The notes below the pieces were generated by a model, which made no database searches, had not been told where the DNA came from, and saw only the letters and a program-made list of their open reading frames with translations. Source: Acidovorax sp. (lineage in GTDB: Bacteria; Pseudomonadota; Gammaproteobacteria; Burkholderiales; Burkholderiaceae_C). From it: DNA of 64,000 nt. The DNA is taken from NCBI GenBank assembly GCA_036675905.1, contig JAKFEA010000073.1:223-64222 (forward strand), written 5' to 3'. Shown one piece after another: positions 1-9,202 of the stretch (within the stretch, counting starts at the first letter, position 1; every line of letters begins with the position of its first letter). Both the position numbers and the translations under genes were made by a program.

Positions 1-1
1 G

Positions 2-415
2 GTGTTCGCGTTCTTCCGCTTCACCCCGCTCGGGCTGGCCATGCGGGCGGCCGCGCAGAACCCGGCGTCGAGCCGGCTGGTGGGCGTGCGGGTGGGCTGG
101 ATGCTGGCGCTGGGCTGGGGGCTGGCCTCGGCCATCGGCGCGGTGGCCGGGATCATGGTGGCGCCCATCGTGTTCCTCGAGCCCAACATGATGGGCGGCA
201 TCCTGCTGTATGCCTTTGCCGGCGCGCTGCTGGGCGGGATCGACAGCCCCGGCGGCGCCGTGCTCGGCGGCTTCCTGGTGGGCGTGCTGGAGAACGTGGT
301 CGGCGTCTACCTGGGCACCGAGCTGAAGCTGACGGTGGCGCTGGTGATCATCGTCGCGGTGCTGGTGGTGCGGCCCTCCGGGCTGCTGGGCAAGGTGCAC
401 GTGGCGCGCGTATGA
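2..415 (+). CDS. Branched-chain amino acid ABC transporter permease (LivH-like), 5'-truncated by the window edge
   Basis: Hydrophobic ORF with TPLGLAMRAAAQN and LGGIDSPGGAVLGG motifs; stop overlaps the next start. Confidence 0.9.
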   Translation: MFAFFRFTPLGLAMRAAAQNPASSRLVGVRVGWMLALGWGLASAIGAVAGIMVAPIVFLEPNMMGGILLYAFAGALLGGIDSPGGAVLGGFLVGVLENVVGVYLGTELKLTVALVIIVAVLVVRPSGLLGKVHVARV

Positions 416-1443
416 GCAGCATGGAAACACCCCCCTCCGTCTCCGCCATGCCGGCGCGCCCGGGCGCGCTGCGGCCCGCCGGCGCCATGGCCGCCGGAGG
501 GCGCAAGCGTGTGATCGGCCTGGCGGCGCTCGCCGTGGTGGCCTGCGTGCTGCCCTTCGTGCTGGGCAACTACCAGGTGTTCCAGGTCACGCTCGCGCTG
601 GCCTATGCGATCGCGCTGCTGGGGCTGAACATCCTGACCGGCTACAACGGCCAGATCTCGCTGGGCCACGGCGCGTTCTTCGCCATCGGGGCCTACACGG
701 CGGCGATCCTGATGGAGTCGGCGGGCTTTCCCTACTGGGCCGCCATTCCGCTGGCCGGCCTGGTGTGCCTGGTGGCCGGTTTCCTGTTCGGGTTGCCCGC
801 CCTGCGGCTGGAGGGCCTGTACCTCGCGCTGGCGACCTTCGCGCTGGGCGTGGCGATGCCGCAGATCCTCAAGCACAAGGCGCTGGAGCACTGGACCGGT
901 GGCTCGATGGGCGTGGTGATCATCAAGCCGGACCCGCCCGCGTGGCTGCCGCTGTCGCAGGACCGCTGGCTGTACTTCTTCACGCTGGCCTGGACCGTCC
1001 TGCTGTTCTGGGCCGGCTGGAACCTGCTGCGCGGCCGGGTGGGCCGGGCGCTGGTGGCGATCCGCGACCAGCCGATCGCGGCGCAGGCCATGGGCGTGAA
1101 CACGGCCATGTACAAGTCGCTCACCTTCGGGGTGTCGGCGCTCTACACCGGGGTGGCCGGCGCGCTGTCGGCGATCGCGGTGCAGTTCGCCTCGCCGGAC
1201 TCGTTCTCGATCTTCCTGTCGCTGTCCCTGCTGGTGGGCCTCGTGGTGGGCGGGCTGGCGTCGATCTCGGGCGCGCTGTACGGCGCACTGTTCATCCAGT
1301 TCATCCCCAACATCGCCGACCAGATCTCCAAGGCGGCGCCGTGGGCGATCTACGGCATCTTCCTGATCGGCTTCATGTACCTCATGCCTTCGGGCGTCGC
1401 CGGCCTGATCCGGCTCGTGCGGCATCGGCTGGCAAACCGGTAG
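412..1443 (+). CDS. Branched-chain amino acid ABC transporter permease (LivM-like)
   Basis: GYNGQISLGHGAFFAIGAY and GRALVAIRD motifs; multiple TM helices. Confidence 0.92.
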   Translation: MSSMETPPSVSAMPARPGALRPAGAMAAGGRKRVIGLAALAVVACVLPFVLGNYQVFQVTLALAYAIALLGLNILTGYNGQISLGHGAFFAIGAYTAAILMESAGFPYWAAIPLAGLVCLVAGFLFGLPALRLEGLYLALATFALGVAMPQILKHKALEHWTGGSMGVVIIKPDPPAWLPLSQDRWLYFFTLAWTVLLFWAGWNLLRGRVGRALVAIRDQPIAAQAMGVNTAMYKSLTFGVSALYTGVAGALSAIAVQFASPDSFSIFLSLSLLVGLVVGGLASISGALYGALFIQFIPNIADQISKAAPWAIYGIFLIGFMYLMPSGVAGLIRLVRHRLANR

Positions 1444-1500
1444 CGACCCTGGCGGCCGCGTTGTGTGCAAGCGTGACTGTGTGACTGGAAAGGAAGCACC

Positions 1501-2709
1501 ATGACATTCCCCAAGATTCCCCGCCGTTCCCTCGTGCTGGGTGCCGGCGCCGCCGTCGGCGCCTCGCTGCTGCCCTTGCGCGCCTTCGCGCAGGCCAAGG
1601 AGATCAAGCTCGGCCAGACCATGCCCTACAGCGGCCCCGCGTCCGCCTACGGCACCATCGGCAAGTGCCAGCAGGCCTACTTCAAGATGATCAACGACAA
1701 CGGCGGCATCGGCGGCCGGATGATCAACCTGATCTCGGTGGACGACGGCTACAGCCCGCCCAAGGCCGTGGAGCAGGTGCGCAGGCTGGTCGAGCAGGAG
1801 GAGGTGCTGGCGCTGTTCCAGACACTGGGCACGCCCAGCAACTCGGCGATCCACAAGTACGTCAACGCCAAGAAGGTGCCGCACCTGTTCGTGGCCACGG
1901 GCGCGACCAAGTGGAACGACCCGAAGAACTTCCCCTGGACCTTCGGCATGAACCTGAGCTACCAGACCGAAGGCGAGATCTACGCGCAGTACCTGCTGAA
2001 GAACAAGCCCAACGCGAAGATCGCGATCCTCTACCAGAACGACGACTACGGCAAGGACGTGCTGGCCGGGGTCAAGAACGTGCTCAAGGGCGACAAGGCG
2101 AAGATGATCGTGGCCGAGCAGACCTACGAGGTCACCGACCCCACCGTCGATTCGCAGATCCTCACGCTCAAGGCCTCGGGGGCCGACACCTTCATCAACA
2201 TCACCACGCCCAAGTTCGCGGCACAGGCGGTGCGCAAGGTGGCCGATTCGGGCTGGAAGCCGCTGCACATCCTCAACAACGTCGGCGCGTCGGTCGGCTC
2301 GGTGCTGACGCCGGCCGGCCTGGACAAGTCGGTCGGGCTGGTCACCGTGAACTACTACAAGGACGCCAACGACCCGCAGTGGAAGGATGACCCGGCCATG
2401 CTGAAGTGGCGCGGATTCATGGGCAAGTACTACCGCGACGGCAACGTGGCCGACGCCAGCAACGTCTACGGCGTGCTCGCGGCCGAGCTGATGGTGCAGA
2501 CGCTCAAGCAGTGCGGCAGCGACTTCTCGCGCGAGAACATCCGCAAGCAGGCGGAGAGCATCAAGAACTTCAAGCCGGGCCTGCTGCTGCCCGGGATCGC
2601 AATGAACACCGGCGCCACCGACCATGCGCCGGTGGAGCAGGCGCAGCTGGCCCGGTTCGACGGCAAGCAGTGGGTCCTGTTCGGCGACGTGCTCGGCGGG
2701 GCGGCCTGA
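1501..2709 (+). CDS. ABC transporter substrate-binding protein (Leu/Ile/Val-binding family)
   Basis: Tat-like leader (RRSLVLGAGA), GQTMPYSGPASAYG and DDGYSPPK motifs. Confidence 0.92.
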   Translation: MTFPKIPRRSLVLGAGAAVGASLLPLRAFAQAKEIKLGQTMPYSGPASAYGTIGKCQQAYFKMINDNGGIGGRMINLISVDDGYSPPKAVEQVRRLVEQEEVLALFQTLGTPSNSAIHKYVNAKKVPHLFVATGATKWNDPKNFPWTFGMNLSYQTEGEIYAQYLLKNKPNAKIAILYQNDDYGKDVLAGVKNVLKGDKAKMIVAEQTYEVTDPTVDSQILTLKASGADTFINITTPKFAAQAVRKVADSGWKPLHILNNVGASVGSVLTPAGLDKSVGLVTVNYYKDANDPQWKDDPAMLKWRGFMGKYYRDGNVADASNVYGVLAAELMVQTLKQCGSDFSRENIRKQAESIKNFKPGLLLPGIAMNTGATDHAPVEQAQLARFDGKQWVLFGDVLGGAA

Positions 2710-2720
2710 CGGCGGAACAT

Positions 2721-2817
2721 CCGTACGCAGAAATCGCAAAAGTGACGCAGAAGGCGCAAAGAAGAAAGTTGAATGCTTCTGCGACTTCTGCGTTGCTTCC
2801 GCGTCTTCTGCGTACGG
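2721..2817. repeat. Long imperfect intergenic palindrome (REP/MITE-like)
   Basis: Arms CCGTACGCAGAA (2721-2732) and TTCTGCGTACGG (2806-2817) with internal CGCAGAAG-like repeats. Confidence 0.75.
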
Positions 2818-2928
2818 GTACTTGATTCGGGCTGCCCCGGGCTGGCAGGTTAGAGTCGGCCATGGCACAGCCGGCCGCAGGCGGCTGGCTGCGCCCCAGC
2901 CCCTCGAATTTCCGCCGAACCCCGCCCC

Positions 2929-3384
2929 ATGAGAATCCTTTCCTCCCTCGAAGAACTGGCCGGCCTGGTCGGCCAGGAAGTGGCCGTCAGCGACTGGCTC
3001 ACCATCACCCAGGAGCAGGTCAACCAGTTCGCCGAGGCGACCGGCGACCACCAGTGGATCCACGTCGACGTGGAGAAGGCCAAGGCCGGCCCGTTCGGGG
3101 CGCCTATCGCGCACGGCTACCTGACCCTCTCGCTCTTGCCCAAGCTGTTCGAGAGCGCGGTGCGCATCGAAGGCACCCGCATGGGCGTGAACTACGGGCT
3201 CAACAAGGTGCGCTTCACCGCGCCGGTGCCGGTGGGCAGCCGCATCCGCGGGCACATGGTCCTGCTGGCTTGCGAGCCGGTGGAAGGCCGGGGCATGCAG
3301 ATCACCTGGAAGGTGACCGTGGAGCTCGAAGGCACCGACCGGCCGGCCTGCGTTGCCGAGTCGATCGCGCGGCGCTACGCCTGA
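2929..3384 (+). CDS. MaoC family dehydratase (hot-dog fold)
   Basis: FAEATGDHQWIHVD and IAHGYLTLSL motifs. Confidence 0.92.
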   Translation: MRILSSLEELAGLVGQEVAVSDWLTITQEQVNQFAEATGDHQWIHVDVEKAKAGPFGAPIAHGYLTLSLLPKLFESAVRIEGTRMGVNYGLNKVRFTAPVPVGSRIRGHMVLLACEPVEGRGMQITWKVTVELEGTDRPACVAESIARRYA

Positions 3385-3394
3385 GCACCGCGCC

Positions 3395-3425
3395 CAAAAA
3401 AGAGGCCTGCGCACGGGCGCAGGCC
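3395..3425 (-). terminator. Rho-independent terminator downstream of trmL
   Basis: Minus strand GGCCTGCGC-CCGT-GCGCAGGCC followed by TCTTTTTT. Confidence 0.75.
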
Positions 3426-3547
3426 GCAAGGGAGTGATTGCCACAGGCCGCCGCGGGGGCGGGCCGCTTCGTACTTGACTGCCGAAGGGGCGGGGTTCAA
3501 GCCCGGCCGGCCGCAACCGTCTGCTGAAAAGTGTGTGGGTTGGCGGC

Positions 3548-4009
3548 TCAGGCAAATCCGTTCTGCCGCCAGGCCTCGAAAACGGTCACCGCCACCGCAT
3601 TGGACAGGTTGAGGCTGCGCTGTCCGGCCCGCATGGGCAAGCGCAGCTGCTGCAACGGCGGGAATGTCTCGCGCAACTGCGCCGGCAGGCCGCGTGTCTC
3701 CGCGCCGAACACCAGCCAGTCGCCCGGCAGGAAGCCGACGTCATGCACGCGCCGCGTGCCATGCGTCGTCAGGGCGAACAGGCGTTGCCGGTCCGGCCGT
3801 TCGCCGGCGATGAGCGCGTCCCAGTTCGCATGCCGCCGCACTTCGGCGTACTCGTGGTAGTCCAGGCCCGCGCGGCGCAGCAGCCGGTCGTCCATCGAAA
3901 AGCCCAGCGGCTCGACCAGGTGCAGGGTGCAGCCGGTATTGGCCGCCAGGCGGATGACGTTGCCGGTGTTGGGCGGGATCTCCGGTTCGACCAGGACGAT
4001 GTGGAACAT
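3548..4009 (-). CDS. trmL: tRNA (cytidine/uridine-34-2'-O)-methyltransferase
   Basis: MFHIVLVEPEIPPNTGN, LRRAGLDY and RSLNLSN SPOUT motifs; ATG at 4009. Confidence 0.95.
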   Translation of the reverse strand: MFHIVLVEPEIPPNTGNVIRLAANTGCTLHLVEPLGFSMDDRLLRRAGLDYHEYAEVRRHANWDALIAGERPDRQRLFALTTHGTRRVHDVGFLPGDWLVFGAETRGLPAQLRETFPPLQQLRLPMRAGQRSLNLSNAVAVTVFEAWRQNGFA

Positions 4010-4013
4010 GCGC

Positions 4014-4715
4014 TCAGGTCTCTTCGGTGCGCGCCACCACGATCGCGGCCACATGCGAGGCGCCGGCGTCGCGCATGACCCGGGCCAGCGCGAACAGGGA
4101 AGCGCCGCTGGTCATCACGTCATCCACCAGCACGATGCGGCGGTCCCGCACCTCGTGCGCGCGGGCCGGCTCCAGCGCGAAGGCATGGCGCAGGTTGGCC
4201 AGCCGCGCCTCGCGGTCGAGCCGCGCCTGCGCCGGCGTGTCGCGCAGCCGCAGCGCCAGGCTGGCATCGGTGCGCGCGGGTGCGAGACGGCGCGCCAGTT
4301 CATGGGCCTGGTTGAAGCCGCGCGCCGCCAGCCGCTCGCGCGACAGCGGCATCGGCAGCACGTGGTCGGCGGCCGCCAGGCACTCGCGCACGGGCTGCAG
4401 TGAAACCAGCAAGCGGGCGAAGGCGTCGGCCCAGCCGGGCTGGCCCGAAAACTTGAAGCGCGCGATCAGGCCGGCCCAGGGATAGCCGTAGCTGACTGCG
4501 GCATGGCAGGCGTCGATCGGCGGTGCAAGGGCGGCGCAGCGGCCGCACTGGTCGATGCCCGCTGGCAACGCCAGTGCGCAGCGGCGGCAACGCTGGCGCG
4601 GTGCGGCGAACTGCGCCAGGCAGCGCCTGCACAGCGGTTGCGCCGGCCAGGCGCGGCAGACCTCGCACTGCGCCGGCGCCGCGGCCGAGAGGCCTTGCAA
4701 GAGGTCCCTGAACAT
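4014..4715 (-). CDS. comF: ComF family protein (double zinc ribbon plus phosphoribosyltransferase)
   Basis: Four CxxC pairs, RGFNQA and VLVDDVMTSGASL PRT motif; ATG at 4715. Confidence 0.9.
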   Translation of the reverse strand: MFRDLLQGLSAAAPAQCEVCRAWPAQPLCRRCLAQFAAPRQRCRRCALALPAGIDQCGRCAALAPPIDACHAAVSYGYPWAGLIARFKFSGQPGWADAFARLLVSLQPVRECLAAADHVLPMPLSRERLAARGFNQAHELARRLAPARTDASLALRLRDTPAQARLDREARLANLRHAFALEPARAHEVRDRRIVLVDDVMTSGASLFALARVMRDAGASHVAAIVVARTEET

Positions 4716-4743
4716 GGCGGTCAATATACTTTGCAGCCTTCCC

Positions 4744-5607
4744 GTGCCCGGCCAACTTCCCCCCACCATCGATCCGCCTGCCGCAGCCCGCTGGCTGAGC
4801 GCGGCGCCGCCGCGCTCGCCCTGGCTGCACGACGAAGTCGCGCGCCGCATGGCGCAGCGCCTGGAGTGGATCCGGCTGGCGCCGCAGCGCTGGGCGCATT
4901 GGGAGCCGGTGCGCGGCGGACTGGCCGCGCAGGCCCTGCTGGAGCAGCGCTACCCGCAAGCCGAGTGCGTGGCCGTGGAGCCGGTGCCGCAGCGATGGCC
5001 AGCGGCACGCCAGGCACTGGAGCGCCCCTGGTGGCAGCGTTGGGGCGGGCCGCGCCGCGAAGTGGCGGAAAGCGTCGCCGACGCGTCGGTGCAGATGGTG
5101 TGGGCCAACATGGCCCTGCACGTGGAGCCGCGGCCGGCCGAACTGCTTGCCCGCTGGCTGCGCACCCTGTCCAGCGGCGGCTTCCTGATGTTCTCCTGCC
5201 TGGGGCCGGACACGCTGCGCGAGTTGCGCGCGCTGTACGCTGCGCTCGGCTGGCCGCCGCCGGGTCCGCAGTTCACCGACATGCACGACTGGGGCGACAT
5301 GCTGGTGGCGGCGGGCTTCGCCGAGCCCGTGATGGACATGGAGCGCATCACGCTCACCTGGGAGACGCCGCAGCGGCTGCTGGCGGAACTGCGCGAGCTG
5401 GGCGCCAACCTGCACCCGGAACGCTTTCCCGCCTTGCGCGGCCGGCGCTGGCGCGCCAGGCTGGAGGACGGGATCGGCGCGCGCTTGCGCAACGACGAGG
5501 GCCGGCTCGCGCTCACGTTCGAGATCGTCTACGGCCACGCGCTGCGCCCCGAGCCGCACGCGCGCGCGGCCGCCAGCCCCTTCAGCGTCCGCAAGGCAAA
5601 TCCGTAG
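4744..5607 (+). CDS. BioC-like methyltransferase-fold protein
   Basis: WLHDEVARRM, GFLMFSCLGPDTLREL, DMHDWGDMLV and LTFEIVYGHA motifs; divergent from comF; GTG start approximate. Confidence 0.75.
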   Translation: MPGQLPPTIDPPAAARWLSAAPPRSPWLHDEVARRMAQRLEWIRLAPQRWAHWEPVRGGLAAQALLEQRYPQAECVAVEPVPQRWPAARQALERPWWQRWGGPRREVAESVADASVQMVWANMALHVEPRPAELLARWLRTLSSGGFLMFSCLGPDTLRELRALYAALGWPPPGPQFTDMHDWGDMLVAAGFAEPVMDMERITLTWETPQRLLAELRELGANLHPERFPALRGRRWRARLEDGIGARLRNDEGRLALTFEIVYGHALRPEPHARAAASPFSVRKANP

Positions 5608-5620
5608 CGAACGGGCGGAA

Positions 5621-5666
5621 TTGATGCACATCAACGGGGCTACAATGCCCTGTTGATTTGGGTCAG
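5621..5666 (+). promoter_or_regulatory. FNR-type boxes flanking a -10 element upstream of the cox cluster
   Basis: TTGAT-GCAC-ATCAA (5621-5634, perfect), TACAAT (5641-5646) and TTGAT-TTGG-GTCAG (5653-5666). Confidence 0.8.
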
Positions 5667-5674
5667 TGCCGTCG

Positions 5675-6154
5675 ATGCCGGTTTTTCGTTTCGCGACAGT
5701 CCAGGGGCAGGCCATCGTCTGGTTCCTGCGGCGCAACTGCTCGGTCTCTCCGACCCAGCTGGGATGGTTCTATGCATCCCTTTGCGCCGCCTCGCTGGCG
5801 ATCGCCGCGTACTTTTGGCTGCGTGGCGCGACCCTCGTGATGCCTTTGGCCTGGCTCGAACTCGCGGCGGTCGGCCTGGCTTTCATGGCCTATGCCCGGC
5901 ACGCGGCGGACGGCGAGCGCATCTGCCTGCAGGGTCGCCGGCTCGTGGTGGAGCTGGAAAGCGCGGGCCAGCTGCAGCGCACCGAATTCGACCCCGACTG
6001 GGTGCGCGTGGAGCCGCGCTCGGGCGGGGGATCGCTGATCGAGGTTTCGGGCCGCGGGCGCTCGGTGCAGGTGGGCCGCTACCTGCGCCCGGAGCTGCGG
6101 CCCTTGTTGGCGCAGGAACTCAGGAGCGCCCTGCGCGAGCGGGCGGCGCACTGA
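5675..6154 (+). CDS. DUF2244-like membrane protein
   Basis: WFLRRNCSVSP motif, two TM helices, YARHAADGERI; usual position upstream of coxB. Confidence 0.8.
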   Translation: MPVFRFATVQGQAIVWFLRRNCSVSPTQLGWFYASLCAASLAIAAYFWLRGATLVMPLAWLELAAVGLAFMAYARHAADGERICLQGRRLVVELESAGQLQRTEFDPDWVRVEPRSGGGSLIEVSGRGRSVQVGRYLRPELRPLLAQELRSALRERAAH

Positions 6155-6201
6155 GCGGCGCCGCGACGGATTGTGTGATTGAGTAGACGGAACCAGAAAC
6201 G

Positions 6202-7353
6202 ATGAAGAGCCTTTCGAACAAGTTCGCCGGCCTCGCGGCCGCGCTGGCAGCCGGCGCGGCGCACGCGGTCAACGACCTGCCCGGCGGGCCCGGCGTGCGC
6301 CAGTTGAACCTGCATGAAGCCGCCACGCGCATCGCCGCCGAGATCTCGTGGCTGCACTGGTTCATGCTGATCACCTGCACGGTGATCTTCCTGCTGGTGT
6401 TCGGGGTCATGTTCTATTCGATCCTGAAGCACCGCAAGTCGGTCGGCCACAAGGCGGCCAACTTCCACGAATCGGCCACGGTGGAAGTGGTCTGGACGCT
6501 GATCCCCTTCATCATCGTGATCCTGATGGCGCTGCCGGCCACCAAGGTGCTGGTCGCCTCCAAGGACACCGGCAACGCCGACCTCACCATCAAGGCCACG
6601 GGCTACCAGTGGAAGTGGGGCTACGACTACCTCAATGGCGAGGGCTCGGGCGTGTCCTTCCTGTCCACGCTGGACAGCACGCACCGCGTGATCTCCAACC
6701 AGGGGGCCAACGGCGACGTGCCCAACGACTACCTGCTCAAGGTCGACAACCCGCTGGTGGTGCCGGTCGACAAGAAGGTCCGCATCATCACCACCGCCAA
6801 CGACGTGATCCACGCATGGGGTGTGCCGGCCTTCGGCGTCAAGCAGGACGCCATCCCCGGCTTCGTGCGCGACACCTGGTTCCGCAGCGAGAAGACCGGC
6901 GACTTCTACGGCCAGTGCTACGAGCTGTGCGGCAAGGAGCACGCCTACATGCCGATCCACGTCAAGGTCGTCAGCGCGCAGGAGTACACCGCCTGGGTGG
7001 CCGACCAGCAGAAGAAGATGGCGGCCAGGCAGGACGACCCGGGCAAGGTCTGGACGCTGGCCGACATCACGGCGCGCGGCGAGAAGGTCTACGCCGCCAA
7101 CTGCGCGGCCTGCCACCAGGAAAACGGCAAGGGCGGCGGCCCGATCAAGGCGCTGGACGGCTCGCCCATCGTGGTGGACGCCGACAAGGCCAAGGAGATC
7201 GACGTGGTGCTCAACGGCCGTGGCGCCATGCCGGCCTGGAAGCAGCTGTCGGACACCGACCTCGCCGCGGTGATCAGCTTCACCAAGAACCACTGGTCCA
7301 ACAAGACCGGCCAGATCGTCCAGCCGTCCGAAGTGCTGGCGGCGCGCAAGTAA
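6202..7353 (+). CDS. coxB: Cytochrome c oxidase subunit II with C-terminal cytochrome c domain
   Basis: DVIHAW and CYELCGKEHAYM CuA ligands; CAACH haem motif. Confidence 0.97.
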   Translation: MKSLSNKFAGLAAALAAGAAHAVNDLPGGPGVRQLNLHEAATRIAAEISWLHWFMLITCTVIFLLVFGVMFYSILKHRKSVGHKAANFHESATVEVVWTLIPFIIVILMALPATKVLVASKDTGNADLTIKATGYQWKWGYDYLNGEGSGVSFLSTLDSTHRVISNQGANGDVPNDYLLKVDNPLVVPVDKKVRIITTANDVIHAWGVPAFGVKQDAIPGFVRDTWFRSEKTGDFYGQCYELCGKEHAYMPIHVKVVSAQEYTAWVADQQKKMAARQDDPGKVWTLADITARGEKVYAANCAACHQENGKGGGPIKALDGSPIVVDADKAKEIDVVLNGRGAMPAWKQLSDTDLAAVISFTKNHWSNKTGQIVQPSEVLAARK

Positions 7354-7377
7354 GAAAAAAGCACCCGAGGTAACGCC

Positions 7378-9066
7378 ATGAGCGCAGTTCTCCCCACCCC
7401 CGGCCACGCGCACGAGCACCACGAGGCGCACCACGTCCCGACCGGCTGGCGCCGCTGGGTCTACGCGACCAACCACAAGGACATCGGCACGCTGTACCTG
7501 CTGTTCTCGTTCACCATGCTGATGGTGGGCGGGGCGCTGGCGATGGGCATCCGCGCCGAGCTGTTCGAGCCGGGCCTGCAGCTGGTGAACCCCGAGCTGT
7601 TCAACCAGCTGACCACCATGCACGGCCTGATCATGGTGTTCGGCGCCATCATGCCGGCCTTCGTCGGCTTCGCGAACTGGATGGTTCCGCTGCAGATCGG
7701 CGCCAGCGACATGGCGTTCGCGCGGATGAACAACTTCAGCTTCTGGCTGCTGGTGCCGGCCGGCCTCATCCTGTCGGGCTCGTTCTTCATGCCCGGCGGC
7801 GCGCCGGCGGCGGGCTGGACGCTGTACGCGCCGCTGACGCTGCAGATGGGCTCGTCGATGGACGCCGCGATCTTCGCGATCCACATCATGGGCGCCTCGT
7901 CGATCATGGGCTCGATCAACATCATCGTGACCATCCTCAACATGCGCGCGCCCGGCATGACGCTGATGAAGATGCCGATGTTCTGCTGGACCTGGCTGAT
8001 CACCGCCTACCTGCTGGTGGCCGTGATGCCGGTGCTGGCCGGCGCGATCACGATGACGATCACCGACCGCCACCTCGGCACCACCTTCTTCAACCCGGCG
8101 GGCGGTGGCGACCCGGTGATGTACCAGCACATCTTCTGGTTCTTCGGCCACCCCGAGGTCTACATCATGATCCTGCCGGCGTTCGGCATCATCAGCCAGG
8201 TCGTGCCGGCGTTCTCGCGCAAGCGCCTGTTCGGCTACGCCTCCATGGTCTACGCGGTGGCCGCCATCGCGATCCTGTCGTTCATCGTCTGGGCGCACCA
8301 CATGTTCACCACCGGCATGCCGGTGACCGGGCAGCTGTTCTTCATGTACGCCACGATGCTGATCTCGGTGCCGACGGCAGTGAAGATCTTCAACTGGACG
8401 GCCACCATGTGGCAGGGCTCGATGACCTTCGAGACGCCGATGCTGTTCGCGGTGGGCTTCATCTTCGTGTTCACGATCGGCGGCTTCACCGGCCTGATCG
8501 TGGCCATGGCGCCGATCGACCTGCTGCTGCAGGACACCTACTACATCGTGGCGCACTTCCACTACGTGCTGGTGGCCGGCTCGCTGTTCGCGATGTTCGC
8601 GGGCTTCTACTACTGGTCGCCCAAGTGGACCGGCTACATGTACAGCGAGACGCGCGGCAAGATCCACTTCTGGTGGTCGCTGATCTCCTTCAACGTCACC
8701 TTCTTCCCGATGCACTTCCTGGGGCTGGCCGGCATGCCGCGCCGCTACGCCGACTACCCCATGCAGTTCGCCGACTTCAACCTGTGGGCCTCGCTCGGCG
8801 GGTTTGCCTTCGGCCTGGCCCAGGTGTACTTCTTCGTGTTCGTCGTGCTGCCGATCATGCGCGGCCGCGGCGAGAAGGCGCCGCAGCGGCCCTGGAACGA
8901 CCCGGACGGCAAGGGCGCCGAAGGCCTGGAGTGGGAAGTGCCGTCGCCGGCGCCGTTCCACACCTTCGAGACGCCGCCGCGGCTGGATGCCAGCGCCACC
9001 CGCATCCTGGATGCGCTGCCCAGCCACGTCAACCCGAACGCCGCGCCGGGCGCGGTGCCGCACTGA
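7378..9066 (+). CDS. ctaD: Cytochrome c oxidase subunit I
   Basis: TNHKDIGTLY, WFFGHPEVY, VWAHHM and AHFHY motifs. Confidence 0.98.
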   Translation: MSAVLPTPGHAHEHHEAHHVPTGWRRWVYATNHKDIGTLYLLFSFTMLMVGGALAMGIRAELFEPGLQLVNPELFNQLTTMHGLIMVFGAIMPAFVGFANWMVPLQIGASDMAFARMNNFSFWLLVPAGLILSGSFFMPGGAPAAGWTLYAPLTLQMGSSMDAAIFAIHIMGASSIMGSINIIVTILNMRAPGMTLMKMPMFCWTWLITAYLLVAVMPVLAGAITMTITDRHLGTTFFNPAGGGDPVMYQHIFWFFGHPEVYIMILPAFGIISQVVPAFSRKRLFGYASMVYAVAAIAILSFIVWAHHMFTTGMPVTGQLFFMYATMLISVPTAVKIFNWTATMWQGSMTFETPMLFAVGFIFVFTIGGFTGLIVAMAPIDLLLQDTYYIVAHFHYVLVAGSLFAMFAGFYYWSPKWTGYMYSETRGKIHFWWSLISFNVTFFPMHFLGLAGMPRRYADYPMQFADFNLWASLGGFAFGLAQVYFFVFVVLPIMRGRGEKAPQRPWNDPDGKGAEGLEWEVPSPAPFHTFETPPRLDASATRILDALPSHVNPNAAPGAVPH

Positions 9067-9069
9067 CCC

Positions 9070-9198
9070 ATGCAAGCAGCCGTGAACGACCCGGAACGCA
9101 AGAAGGCCAACCGCCGCCTCGGACTGATCCTGGCGTCGGTGGCGCTCGCCTTCTTCCTCGGCTTCCTGGCCAAGATGATCCTGCTGGGGGGAGGCTGA
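9070..9198 (+). CDS. Small single-TM cytochrome oxidase-associated protein (42 aa)
   Basis: Read by hand, too short for the ORF track: MQAAVNDPERKKANRRLGLILASVALAFFLGFLAKMILLGGG; fills the gap between subunit I and ctaG. Confidence 0.8.
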   Translation: MQAAVNDPERKKANRRLGLILASVALAFFLGFLAKMILLGGG

Positions 9199-9202
9199 CG
9201 GG

